In this document: positions 40,354 to 49,762 of the stretch, one piece after another
Numbering within the stretch: the first letter of the stretch is position 1
Layout: each line of letters begins with the position of its first letter
Assembly: GCA_034002925.1 (NCBI GenBank)
Contig: JAVEZP010000001.1
Coordinates: 711-64,710 of the forward strand
Source: Patescibacteria group bacterium
Lineage (GTDB): Bacteria; Patescibacteriota; Patescibacteriia; Patescibacteriales; UBA12465
Length of the DNA stretch: 64,000 nucleotides
Direction: 5' to 3'
Program-made: the position numbers and the translations under genes
Notes under the pieces: generated by a model
Databases searched by the model: none
What the model saw: the letters and a program-made list of their open reading frames with translations, nothing else
Told to the model about the DNA's origin: nothing

Positions 40354-40759
40354 ATGACGTCATTATTTTTAGTATTAAAATTTTAGCAGTTTTAACTGTT
40401 TTAGTAATTATTTTTGGCATTCTCAGCACTCTTAAAACAATATACATAAGTTTATTGGAAAACAATTTCTTACTAGATATTAAAAGTTTTTTTAACATAT
40501 TTAGTGAAATATTAATAGTCTTAATTGCAGTAGAGATATTTCAAAATATTGCTATGTATATTCGGACTGATATTATTCCAATAAAATTAGTATTAGCGAC
40601 CACTTTAATCGCAGTCGCCAGAAAATTTATTATTATTGATGCTAGTAAAGATAGCTATTTATATATATATTAGCCTTAGCTACAGCTGTTATTGCTATTA
40701 GTATTTCTTATTACTTTATCACTCATAAAAGTAAAATCATAGAAAACAAACAATCTTAA
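40354..40759 (+). pseudogene. psiE-like membrane protein gene split over three frames (frameshifts at a T-run and a TA-repeat)
   Basis: The middle frame (track ORF 40455-40673) carries EILIVLIAVEIFQNIAMYIRTDIIPIKLVLATTLIAVARKFIIID, which is PsiE-like. The same frame is open upstream to 40347 and encodes a TM (IKILAVLTVLVIIFGILS) but has no ATG. ATG 40354 is in another frame and stops after 10 codons. After TATATATATATTAG a further TM (ALATAVIAISISYYFITHKSK...) continues in a third frame to TAA 40757-40759. Confidence 0.5.
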
Positions 40760-40785
40760 GAGCATCCAACCTTATCACTATTTAT

Positions 40786-40812
40786 AAAAAGACGGAATTA
40801 AATCCGTCTTTT
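40786..40812. terminator. Bidirectional intrinsic terminator
   Basis: AAAAAGACGGA-attaaa-TCCGTCTTTTT. Confidence 0.75.
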
Positions 40813-40840
40813 TAACTAACGACTGCTAATATTTATTTAC

Positions 40841-41356
40841 TTACTTTTTAATCTTTTTAGTTGTTTTAGCTTTTTTAGGAGCAGCTTTAACTGTCTTTAC
40901 TACTTTAACTTTCTTTTCTTTTGCACTAGGAACAACTTTTTCTATCTCTTCTTTAATTGCTTTAGGCATAGCCACGATTGCTGAATTTGTACTTAATAAG
41001 TTAATAATTTTTTCTAACTTAGCAATCACAGTATTCATTTTTTCTTCAATTTTGATATCAACTACCGGCGCTATAGAACGCATTTCTGAATTATTGTTTC
41101 TGGGACGAGAATAACTGCCTCTATCATTATGCTCAGGCGCAGAATCATGACCACGAAAACAAGCACTGCAAAAGACTGGTTTTGATCCAGATGGCCTAAA
41201 AGGAACCTCGCAATCTTCACCACATTCACTGCAAACAGCATGAAACATTTCTTTTTTAGCAGAGAAATTATCACGACCACCAAAGCCACCACGGTCTCGA
41301 CCACCAAAGCTTCTTTTTTCAAAACCACGACCTTCATTACGATCAAATTTTTTCAT
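40841..41356 (-). CDS. RGG-rich protein with a CxxC-x17-CxxC zinc ribbon and a Lys-rich tail
   Basis: FGGRDRGGFGGRD; CSECGEDCEVPFRPSGSKPVFCSACF; C-terminal KKVKVVKTVKAAPKKAKTTKKIKK. Confidence 0.6.
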   Translation of the reverse strand: MKKFDRNEGRGFEKRSFGGRDRGGFGGRDNFSAKKEMFHAVCSECGEDCEVPFRPSGSKPVFCSACFRGHDSAPEHNDRGSYSRPRNNNSEMRSIAPVVDIKIEEKMNTVIAKLEKIINLLSTNSAIVAMPKAIKEEIEKVVPSAKEKKVKVVKTVKAAPKKAKTTKKIKK

Positions 41357-41675
41357 AATTTTAAATATTTATTATTAGTTCCTATAGTCTATACCTTAAT
41401 AAGATTAAAAGCAATGGTCTTAAAGTATAAAAGCCTTAATTAATCCTAGAGCCACATTTTAATTTTACTCCTAACAAATCTTTTACAGGGCCGAATTCAA
41501 TAAGTAAGCACAACATTTATACACTAAAATTATAAATAATAAGACTCGGATTCGAACCAAGATAAACCAATAAAATCAAGGGTTTTTAATTAATTACACC
41601 GAAAAGTCTAAAATATCCCAAAAAGGTTCGAACTGCTTTATAACTTAAAATATATCTAATATTAAAACAAAAACA

Positions 41676-41698
41676 GGCCTTTTACAACCTGTTAGTTC
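41676..41698 (-). terminator. Intrinsic terminator after tRNA-Gln
   Basis: Minus strand reads ACAGG-ttgtaaaagg-CCTGT-TTTTGTTTT. Confidence 0.55.
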
Positions 41699-41705
41699 AT
41701 CGATG

Positions 41706-41776
41706 CTCGGGGACATGGATTCGAACCATGATTGATGGCTCCAAAGGCCACTGTCCTACCATTAGACGATCCCCGA
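41706..41776 (-). tRNA. tRNA-Gln (anticodon UUG)
   Basis: Hand-folded cloverleaf. Acceptor TCGGGGA/TCCCCGA (U1-A72). D arm GTCT/GGAC. Anticodon arm GTGGC-CTTTGGA-GCCAT. T arm CATGG-TTCGAAT-CCATG. No encoded CCA. Confidence 0.88.
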
Positions 41777-41856
41777 ATACTGAAAACATATTATTACATT
41801 TATTCTTTTAGGTCAACCACTATCAAAAAACTTTTATTAAGCGTTTTTCAAAGTCT

Positions 41857-42765
41857 TTAAACGCGTGCGTATTTACGCACGGCGTAAAAACTAGCCAAAA
41901 GAGTGATTAAGAAAATAACACCAAACTGAGCACCAAATATTAGCCAAAAATTATAAACAAAATAGTCTAAAAGATTAACATTATAACCAGCTAAAAATAC
42001 CTCTAAATATGGTTGTAATAAAGTGAGGAAAGGGTAAAAAACAGCAATCATAATCATCACGCTCAAAAGAGCGTAAATAAAAGCGGAAAAAAGAAAGGGC
42101 ATGTAAATAAAGAAATTAGAGGCTCCCACTAAACGCATAATCTCAATTTCCTTTTTATGAGTATAAACAGCCACTCGAATTGCATTATATACTACCAATA
42201 GACTAGTTAAAAAGAAAATGATAATGATAATCGCTCCGATCTCATTAATTCTTTGAGTGATATTTTGAATTTTATTGACAATCGCTGAATTATCGCTAAA
42301 GTCTCGGGATTCAATAATATCCGAATCTAATTGACGCAACATGTTAATCACATTAACAGCATTATCAATATCAGCTGGAATAATAGACAAGCTAGGTGAT
42401 AGCGGATTATTGCCTAACTCACGTAATGCTTGAAGTATTTCTTGATTATCTCGATAACGACTACGGAAAGCATCTAAAGCTTCTTGTTTTGAAGTATATT
42501 GCACACTTTTAACTTCCGGTAAAGAATTAATACGATCTTGTAGCAACAGAATTTCTTTTTCAGCAGCTTCTGGTTTTAAGTACAAACTAATATCTACTTT
42601 TTCCTTCACCGCATTAACGGCATTGTCGCTAACCACCCTAACGGTTAAAAGAGTGTTGATGGAAAATAAAGCAATTAACAAAATAGTGATAGTGACAATA
42701 GACAACCAGACATTACGAGCAATATCTTGAAAACTAAACTTGATAATGCGAAAAAAAGAAAGCAT
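41857..42765 (-). CDS. ftsX: Cell division permease-like protein FtsX
   Basis: Four TM helices with a large first extracytoplasmic loop; follows ftsE. Start moved to MLSFFRIIKF (42765). Confidence 0.85.
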   Translation of the reverse strand: MLSFFRIIKFSFQDIARNVWLSIVTITILLIALFSINTLLTVRVVSDNAVNAVKEKVDISLYLKPEAAEKEILLLQDRINSLPEVKSVQYTSKQEALDAFRSRYRDNQEILQALRELGNNPLSPSLSIIPADIDNAVNVINMLRQLDSDIIESRDFSDNSAIVNKIQNITQRINEIGAIIIIIFFLTSLLVVYNAIRVAVYTHKKEIEIMRLVGASNFFIYMPFLFSAFIYALLSVMIMIAVFYPFLTLLQPYLEVFLAGYNVNLLDYFVYNFWLIFGAQFGVIFLITLLASFYAVRKYARV

Positions 42766-42775
42766 AAAAGAAAAA

Positions 42776-43456
42776 TTAAAGAATATATTTGCCATGAGCT
42801 TTATCGCTAACAATCTGGCCATTATCCATAGTTATTACCCGACGTTGCAGACGATTAACTATCTCTTTATTATGAGTCACTAAAATAACAGTCGTGCCAA
42901 ATTTATTAATACGTAATAATAGTTCAATAATTTCATCCGCATTAATGGCATCTAAATTACCCGTAGGCTCATCAGCTAAAAGGATACGAGGTTGATGTAC
43001 CAAAGCCCTCGCAATAGCCGCTCGTTGCTGTTCTCCACCAGAGACTTCATGCGGATAACGATGATGTTTATCTTCTAAGCCCACTATCTTTAAAACGCTG
43101 GGCACAATCTTATTAATCTTTTTCCGACTAGCACCACAAACCTCTAAAGCAAAAGCGACATTTTCGTATAAAGTTTTTTTAGGTAATAATTTAAAATCTT
43201 GAAAGATAACACCAATTTGACGACGCAGATAGGGCACTTCATGACGATTAATTTTGGTAATATCCCAATCACCAATTACCACCTGACCTTCATCTGCTCT
43301 TTCTTCTCCAATTAAAAGACGCACTAATGTAGTTTTTCCTGCTCCAGATTGTCCGACAATAGAAGCAAATTCACCAGCCTTAATATAAAGATTAACATCT
43401 TTTAAAACTTGATTTTTACGTGAATATTTTTTAGAAACATGGAGCAAGGTAATCAT
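42776..43456 (-). CDS. ftsE: Cell division ATP-binding protein FtsE
   Basis: Walker A GQSGAGKTT, signature VSGGEQQR, Walker B ILLADEPT. Confidence 0.9.
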   Translation of the reverse strand: MITLLHVSKKYSRKNQVLKDVNLYIKAGEFASIVGQSGAGKTTLVRLLIGEERADEGQVVIGDWDITKINRHEVPYLRRQIGVIFQDFKLLPKKTLYENVAFALEVCGASRKKINKIVPSVLKIVGLEDKHHRYPHEVSGGEQQRAAIARALVHQPRILLADEPTGNLDAINADEIIELLLRINKFGTTVILVTHNKEIVNRLQRRVITMDNGQIVSDKAHGKYIL

Positions 43457-43465
43457 ATAAATATA

Positions 43466-45028
43466 TTACTCTAAAAATCTTAGACCATAACGAATTAATC
43501 TTTCGTTATCCTCAAAACTGAGAGCACGATTACTAGAATTGAAAGTACTAATAATCAGCGCACCCGTGGGCGCATTCACTTGCGTCATTAAACAATAGCC
43601 AGCTTCATCTAAATAACCAGTCTTAGACAAACCAATACTGAAATGACCAGATTGAATTAAAGAATTAGTATTGGTTAAATTATATTTTTTATTTTTGTTA
43701 AGACTGCTAAAAGAATAACGTGAGGTAGTGCTAATTTTTTTCAAAAGATCATCTTTTAACAACTCTCTTGTTATTATAGCATAATCTAAAGGAGAGCTCA
43801 CATTCTCTGGTGACAAACCGGTGGGCTCAACAAAATGACTAGCAAAAGCTCCCCAAGATTCAGCTTGTTTATTCATTCGATTAACAAATTCTTCGCGACT
43901 CAAACCGCTAACTCTTACTAAAGTCTCAACTGTATTATTAGCTGATGAGACTAAAGCAGCATGTAATAGATTTTCAATAGTTAGAGTCTCTCCATCTTCT
44001 AGACGAAGACGAGCTGATTCCCAAGGTTTTACATACAAATGATTAAAAGCTGCGTCAGCATCAGAATAGGCTACTACTTTTTTGAAATCTGGTTTTGTAT
44101 CTAAAAATATTTTAGCAGCTAATAACTTGGTTAAACTAGCGATTGGCATGGCTGTATCAGCATTTTTAGCATAAAGAATTTGTGCATCATCCGCTCGCAT
44201 CACAATAGCAGCTTGAGCATTAATCTCTGGAGTCGCTGCTCCTGCTTCTAATTTTTCCCGATCAATTTGATTAACAAATTTTAATACCTCTATCTTCACA
44301 TCAGCTAAACCATCACCTAAAGAAGCAATTTTAGAAAAAGCAACGGCATCTAAATCAATCACTCTCTCTGGATGCAAAGCTCTATCTGGACCATAATCAT
44401 TAATAGTTACCTCCACTGATTTATTATTTGCTAAATTAGTTACCCGCAATACACTGCCTTTGGCAAAATCTGGAGAAGCGGCGAATAAGCCATTTTTATA
44501 ACGATACCAACTAGCCTGTCCCACGGTCATAATGCGATCATTAGACATTAAGGCCACGCGCGCATAAGGTAAATGAATATTAGCACTTACAATTTTCTTA
44601 ACAGGATCATCTACAGAGGGTAGCGGTCGCCATCGTTGCTGCCCTTTATCATAAAAAAATATTTGTTTATGATATTCATTGTCCTCATGATAAGCAATAG
44701 ATATTTGAATAGGCTGAGAACGATCATAACTGAGACCACGATCATTAAAATCAAATTGATAAACTGGGCTCAAGGCTTGATAATTCCAAGGCCAAATGAA
44801 TTCTTCTCCTAAGTTCTCTAAGGTAATGGCTACGGGATTTTTGAGAGCCTGGCTATTTAAAAATAATTCAAAATTATCTTGCTTAATTCTACTATCTATC
44901 TGAGCATTTAAATTAAAAGTTTGTTTTAAAGTTTCATTCTCTACTACTGAGGCCGCTGATAGGGGTGAAGTAAAAACAAACAATAATAATATGGAAAGAA
45001 ATAAAGAAATTGATATTTTTTTATACAT
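43466..45028 (-). CDS. Secreted fusion: RlpA-like DPBB domain plus D-alanyl-D-alanine carboxypeptidase (S11)
   Basis: Signal peptide. GQASWYRYKNGLFAASPDFAKGSVLRVTNLANNKSVEVTINDYGP (RlpA-like). SxxK PIASLTKLL, SxN SSANN, KTG SKTGY. Confidence 0.75.
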   Translation of the reverse strand: MYKKISISLFLSILLLFVFTSPLSAASVVENETLKQTFNLNAQIDSRIKQDNFELFLNSQALKNPVAITLENLGEEFIWPWNYQALSPVYQFDFNDRGLSYDRSQPIQISIAYHEDNEYHKQIFFYDKGQQRWRPLPSVDDPVKKIVSANIHLPYARVALMSNDRIMTVGQASWYRYKNGLFAASPDFAKGSVLRVTNLANNKSVEVTINDYGPDRALHPERVIDLDAVAFSKIASLGDGLADVKIEVLKFVNQIDREKLEAGAATPEINAQAAIVMRADDAQILYAKNADTAMPIASLTKLLAAKIFLDTKPDFKKVVAYSDADAAFNHLYVKPWESARLRLEDGETLTIENLLHAALVSSANNTVETLVRVSGLSREEFVNRMNKQAESWGAFASHFVEPTGLSPENVSSPLDYAIITRELLKDDLLKKISTTSRYSFSSLNKNKKYNLTNTNSLIQSGHFSIGLSKTGYLDEAGYCLMTQVNAPTGALIISTFNSSNRALSFEDNERLIRYGLRFLE

Positions 45029-45084
45029 AAGCTATATTTATTAATTGACTGAACAAGAATTTTTTACCTATAATAATACAATAG

Positions 45085-45156
45085 GCGGGTGTCGTATAAT
45101 GGTTATTATGTCAGCTTCCCAAGCTGAAGACGGCGGTTCGATTCCGCTCACCCGCT
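45085..45156 (+). tRNA. tRNA-Gly (anticodon CCC)
   Basis: Acceptor GCGGGTG/CACCCGC. Anticodon arm TCAGC-TTCCCAA-GCTGA. T arm GGCGG-TTCGATT-CCGCT. Confidence 0.88.
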
Positions 45157-45164
45157 CTAATTAG

Positions 45165-45237
45165 GCCGAGATAGCTCAACTGGTAGAGCAACGGTATCGT
45201 AAACCGTAGGTTGTGGGTTCAAGTCCCATTCTCGGCT
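45165..45237 (+). tRNA. tRNA-Thr (anticodon CGU)
   Basis: Acceptor GCCGAGA/TCTCGGC. D arm GCTC/GAGC. Anticodon arm ACGGT-ATCGTAA-ACCGT. T arm GTGGG-TTCAAGT-CCCAT. Confidence 0.88.
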
Positions 45238-45243
45238 CAATAT

Positions 45244-45270
45244 AAAACTAGACTAAAAAGTCTAGTTTTT
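45244..45270. terminator. Bidirectional intrinsic terminator
   Basis: AAAACTAGAC-taaaaa-GTCTAGTTTT. Confidence 0.75.
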
Positions 45271-45697
45271 ATTTAAAGAAATACTTATACCATTTTTTCC
45301 AATTAGGCATTGGAATAGGCCTCACTGGTTCAGGAGCAGCTAAATGAGAAAAGTCACCTTGCACCACCGCCACTGATTCCCCTGGTTTGCGCATACCCAT
45401 ATTTAAACGCGCTTGCTCTTCTAAAGATTGATCTGACTGCAAGTAGCTAATCATTTCTTGTAATTCATAATTCTGTTTTTCAAAAGCAAGAATTTCTTGA
45501 TTAATCTCTTCTATTTCTTTTTCAATTAAAGCTTTGCGACTATAGTTTTTAGCCAATGGGAAAAGAATGAGTAATAAAAACAGAAGAGCAATAATAACAA
45601 ATATTTTAGGATTAGCAAAAAAAGCAGCACTAGCTGATTTAGGCCTTTGCCTTAAAACATTATTATTAACTTTTATTTTTTTGTGAGTTGTTACCAT
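45269..45697 (-). CDS. Septum formation initiator (FtsB/DivIC-like)
   Basis: Single TM, then a coiled coil: IEKEIEEINQEILAFEKQNYELQEMISYLQSDQSLEEQARLNMGMRKPGE. Confidence 0.7.
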   Translation of the reverse strand: MVTTHKKIKVNNNVLRQRPKSASAAFFANPKIFVIIALLFLLLILFPLAKNYSRKALIEKEIEEINQEILAFEKQNYELQEMISYLQSDQSLEEQARLNMGMRKPGESVAVVQGDFSHLAAPEPVRPIPMPNWKKWYKYFFK

Positions 45698-45748
45698 AGA
45701 GACTATATTGTCTATGATAGCAAAATAATTTAAAAATAAACAGTCATT

Positions 45749-47326
45749 TTAAGAGCGGGATTTAGGCGTTACCCAAAAACCCATATACTTACCGCGCAAT
45801 AAGCGCCACTGCGCATCCAAACAAGGAATAGAGCCAAAGAAAATAATAGTAAAGGGAACAAAAATCCATTCTAAAACCATGCGAATACTTTTAATCACTG
45901 AATATTTTTTTGGTCTCTTGGGTAATAATAAAGTAGAAATAATAGCAGATAATACTAAGCCAATCATCGCAATATTCATGAGAGTCTGGGTAATAGCCGG
46001 TAGATTGCCAGATAAAACTGTTGAATTAAAACGCTCCCCTCCTAATAGCATCGGCATCCAGCCAATTACAGCAATAATCAAGGCATTGGTCGCCCAAGAA
46101 TGAAATCCATAAATTTGGACAGCAATATGATCAATTAATTTACGTCGATCAATTTCTTTCCACAATTTCATGGTATTAAACATCAAATAGGGTACATTTT
46201 CTGCTCCCCAAGCCCAACGACGTTGCTGTTTGTATAAGCTTTTAGCTGTTTGCCAAAAATTACGGTCAAAAGTAATATCCATGGACACTGGAAAATATAA
46301 AGGCTCAACTCGATATTCTCCACGATAGTGTAAAAGGCAGTGCCAAAAAATACGTGAATCTTCACTGACCATATTAGTTGACCAAAAACCTATTTCCACC
46401 AAAGCCTTAAAAGTCATAGAATGCGAAGAATAAGTCACGAGCTGCTCTTCTCTAATTTGCATCATCATTTGCCAGAAGGTATTAGACGCTGCTGCCACTC
46501 GGGAAAAGAAAGGGGCTTCCCATAAATTGTTGTGATAAACCGGAATTGGTTGATAACTAGCGCGATATGGATTAGAAACTGTTAAAAAACGATAACTTAA
46601 AGCAAAAAAATAACCAGGTTTTACCATGGTGTCTACATCAAAAACACTGACTAAAATATTATCATAATTAAAATTATTAGCATCCAATAAATCTTTTTTC
46701 ACTTGTCTAATCGCCCAAGATTGATTAGCGCCCTTGCCTTTCAATTCACCTTCAATGCCATCAGGGTGAAAAGTAATAAATAAATGAGCAAACTTATCAG
46801 CAAAACGCTTTTTTATTTCCTCTGCCTTATCATAAGCCGCTTGACCAGCACGTTCTTCCATCGCTAAAACCACTATCATCTGTGTGGGCGGAAAGCCATC
46901 TTGCAATAAAGAATCTAAAGCACTGGCAATGATATCAGCGCTTTCATTATAATTAGGCAAAACAATTAATTGCCACAGATCACGCCAAGTTTTTCCTTGC
47001 TTAGCCAAAGAATCAGTAGCAATTTTTTCTTGTATTTTTCCTTCAGCTAATAAATGACAACGAGTCGACCAATCAATGGCAGAATTTTTCTTTAATTTAC
47101 GATAAGCAGCAATTAAATAAATAGCTAAATAAATTACAATTAAGAGCCAATAAACATCAAAAGCAATAATAAAAAATGCCACCCAAACTGGCTTAAAATA
47201 AGAGAGAATAATTAAAACAAACAAGGTGCTAAAAGATAAAGCGCCCGGCAATATTTCAAAAAAGCGATACCATCGCCTATCTTTGCCAGTTAAATGAGTA
47301 GCTTTACCTACTTTTAAATAATTCAT
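45749..47326 (-). CDS. Membrane-embedded family 2 glycosyltransferase (processive synthase-like)
   Basis: LPNYNES, FDVDT, QQRRWAWG (QxxRW), with flanking TM helices. Confidence 0.8.
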   Translation of the reverse strand: MNYLKVGKATHLTGKDRRWYRFFEILPGALSFSTLFVLIILSYFKPVWVAFFIIAFDVYWLLIVIYLAIYLIAAYRKLKKNSAIDWSTRCHLLAEGKIQEKIATDSLAKQGKTWRDLWQLIVLPNYNESADIIASALDSLLQDGFPPTQMIVVLAMEERAGQAAYDKAEEIKKRFADKFAHLFITFHPDGIEGELKGKGANQSWAIRQVKKDLLDANNFNYDNILVSVFDVDTMVKPGYFFALSYRFLTVSNPYRASYQPIPVYHNNLWEAPFFSRVAAASNTFWQMMMQIREEQLVTYSSHSMTFKALVEIGFWSTNMVSEDSRIFWHCLLHYRGEYRVEPLYFPVSMDITFDRNFWQTAKSLYKQQRRWAWGAENVPYLMFNTMKLWKEIDRRKLIDHIAVQIYGFHSWATNALIIAVIGWMPMLLGGERFNSTVLSGNLPAITQTLMNIAMIGLVLSAIISTLLLPKRPKKYSVIKSIRMVLEWIFVPFTIIFFGSIPCLDAQWRLLRGKYMGFWVTPKSRS

Positions 47327-47327
47327 A

Positions 47328-47903
47328 TTAAATATTTATCCCCCTTTTTTTAAGTTCATAAAAACAACGCGCACAAGCTAAAACATCAACCATAGCATTA
47401 TGAGCTTCTGCAAAATCTTCGCCGAACAGATAACGATGTAATTCCGATAAATTTGGCCACTTAAAAGAGCCCCGCCCATTACTGATACGACAAACATGAG
47501 CGGTAGATTTCATGGTACATATTTTATTAGCCGACTCTAAAACATTAGGCATTTGCGCTCGATAAAATTCAGCGGACACAATTTTGTCATCAAATTCGAT
47601 ATTATGACCAATAACCGCTTGGGCTCTTTGCAAATGATTAGCAAATATGTCTAAAACCTCTTTTAAATTACTCCCTTCTATTACAGCCTGCTTATGACTA
47701 ATGCGATGAATTTTTGTTGCCTCTTCTGGAATAATAAAATTTTCCGGCTTGATAATATAATCATGTCGATCCCAAGCATTGCCTAACTCATCAAACCAAG
47801 CCCAAGATAACTGGACTAAACGAGGCCAATTATCTATATCGCTAGCTGGGGCTTTATAATTTTTAGGTAAACCAGTAGTTTCGGTATCAAAAAATAAATA
47901 CAT
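47328..47903 (-). CDS. DEDDh 3'-5' exonuclease (DnaQ/epsilon-like)
   Basis: ExoI FFDTETTG, ExoII GHNIEFDDK, ExoIII HNAMVDV. Confidence 0.85.
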   Translation of the reverse strand: MYLFFDTETTGLPKNYKAPASDIDNWPRLVQLSWAWFDELGNAWDRHDYIIKPENFIIPEEATKIHRISHKQAVIEGSNLKEVLDIFANHLQRAQAVIGHNIEFDDKIVSAEFYRAQMPNVLESANKICTMKSTAHVCRISNGRGSFKWPNLSELHRYLFGEDFAEAHNAMVDVLACARCFYELKKRGINI

Positions 47904-47909
47904 AATACT

Positions 47910-49757
47910 TTATTCAGGTTGACGAGAAAAATCAATCACCTCATCTTCAGTCATGTTAATTTCTGAATTTGATTTTAAAGTTGAATTTTTTATCCTATTA
48001 TCTTTCTCTGGTCTACCCTTAAAATCCACAGGTTTTACTGTGTTTAAATCAGATAAAGACAGAGGCTTCACAGGAGAGGCGGCAAGATTTTGTAATTCTT
48101 TAGCTTTAGCTGCTTTACGACTATCTGCTTCATTCTTTTTTTCTTGACGTTTAATGGATAAACACTCTTTGCAGAAAACCGGACGCACACCATCGGGAAT
48201 AAAATTGATAGTTGTGCTCTGTCCACAACGAGAACATTTGGTAGAATAAGGAGAATTTGTTGTTTGACTAAATTCCTTTTTAGAAGGCTCTTTAGGAATA
48301 GAGTTATTTTTTATAGATTGAACAACAACATCATGCTTTTTTTCTGATTGAATGACTACCGGGTTAGAAATAGTTTGCTTAGCAATGGCCTTAATTATTT
48401 CATTTCTATTATTAACAGAATTAAAATTTTTATTATTATTAATTCTTGTTGGCGCTTGTTTCAAAGGAGGATTTTCATCTTGTGCTTCGTGCCAACGTAG
48501 AATCTTCTCTTCAACTTCAGAACGAATGGTAGCATATTTTTCTCGAGAATAAGCAACAACTTTGTCAACATTATTAGTCTTCTCTTCTTCGGTGAGTGGC
48601 GGTAAACCTCTAGCTGAAAATGGCGCTGAAGCTACTCCATCGATCATTAATTTTAGATACATTTCATATTTTGGAAGGTTCACCAAATCTTCTTCGGTAA
48701 ACACTGGAGCAAATTCTTTAGCTAACTCCTCTGCATCAGTTGCTCCCACTCGAAAAGAAACCATAGTGCCCACATTGCCAAACACAGCTGGTTTTACCTT
48801 TTCACTTAATTGCTCAATATATTGATGAGCTAGAATCAAGCTCAAGCGATATTTACGTGCTTCAGAGAGAATATTAGCAAAACTGTCAGTCGAAAAATTT
48901 TGAAATTCATCAATATAAAGATAAAAATCTTTACGATCTTTTTCAGGCATATCAACTCGACTCATGGCTGCTAACTGAATTTTAGTAATCATCATCGCAC
49001 CCAGTAAAGCCGAGTTATCTTCTCCAATTCTTCCCTTACTTAAATTCATGATCAAGATTTTACCCTCATCCATTATTTCTCGAATATTAATAGTTGATTT
49101 CACTTGACCAATAATATTACGCATTAAAGAACTGGAAAGAAATTGTCCAACTTTATTCTGAATTGGTGACACCGCCTCAGAAGCAAATTTATCAGCATAA
49201 GAAGCAAATTCTTTTTCCCAGAAAGCCTTTACCACCGGATCTTTAATATTAGCCACCACTCTTTTACGATATGATTTATCAGATAACATTCTCACTACTC
49301 CTAAAATAGTAGATCCAGGAAAATCTAAAATAGCTAAAATGGCATTACGTAAGATATATTCCAAACGAGGTCCCCAAGAATCAGCCCACAATTTTTGAAA
49401 AACACCTAAAAGACCGGAAGCTACTAAATGACGTAAATGAGGCTCAACTTGCTCCAAAACATTAAAAGCAATCGGATAATCCATATCAGCCGGATTAAAA
49501 TAAACTACGTCATTTATTCTATCTGAAGGAATATATTCAATGATTTTTTCCGCTAGATCGCCATGCGGATCAACGACAGCAATCCCATGGCCAGCCCTAA
49601 TATCGCCCACAATCATGTTTTCCTGAATAGTGGACTTACCCATACCGGTTTTTCCAATCAAATACATGTGTCGACGACGATCATCGGCTTTGATACCAAA
49701 CTTTTTAAACTGATTACGGAAAGTTGTTTGAGCAAAAACTGCAATATCTTCATTCAT
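47910..49757 (-). CDS. TraD/VirD4-like (type IV coupling-protein family) ATPase with a C-terminal CxxC-x17-CxxC zinc ribbon
   Basis: Walker A IGKTGMGKST, HGIAVVDPHGDL, Walker B YLYIDEFQNF, LILAHQY. The C-terminal CSRCGQSTTINFIPDGVRPVFCKEC is the same ribbon type as 40841-41356. No N-terminal TM. Confidence 0.7.
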   Translation of the reverse strand: MNEDIAVFAQTTFRNQFKKFGIKADDRRRHMYLIGKTGMGKSTIQENMIVGDIRAGHGIAVVDPHGDLAEKIIEYIPSDRINDVVYFNPADMDYPIAFNVLEQVEPHLRHLVASGLLGVFQKLWADSWGPRLEYILRNAILAILDFPGSTILGVVRMLSDKSYRKRVVANIKDPVVKAFWEKEFASYADKFASEAVSPIQNKVGQFLSSSLMRNIIGQVKSTINIREIMDEGKILIMNLSKGRIGEDNSALLGAMMITKIQLAAMSRVDMPEKDRKDFYLYIDEFQNFSTDSFANILSEARKYRLSLILAHQYIEQLSEKVKPAVFGNVGTMVSFRVGATDAEELAKEFAPVFTEEDLVNLPKYEMYLKLMIDGVASAPFSARGLPPLTEEEKTNNVDKVVAYSREKYATIRSEVEEKILRWHEAQDENPPLKQAPTRINNNKNFNSVNNRNEIIKAIAKQTISNPVVIQSEKKHDVVVQSIKNNSIPKEPSKKEFSQTTNSPYSTKCSRCGQSTTINFIPDGVRPVFCKECLSIKRQEKKNEADSRKAAKAKELQNLAASPVKPLSLSDLNTVKPVDFKGRPEKDNRIKNSTLKSNSEINMTEDEVIDFSRQPE

Positions 49758-49762
49758 AATGA

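Noticed and set aside
41071-41443. Track ORFs 41071-41346 (-) and 41240-41443 (+)
   Set aside because: They are alternative frames of the RGG/Zn-ribbon gene. The repetitive V/K or T/F translations come from the GGT/CGA-rich repeat.
41440-41776. Possible tmRNA (ssrA), suggested by the tRNA-like T arm next to tRNA-Gln
   Set aside because: Only about 170 nt are available between the tRNA-Gln terminator and the T-arm fragment. There is no 5' GGGG...acceptor partner, no tag-peptide ORF ending in a resume-type stop, and no 3' CCA context.
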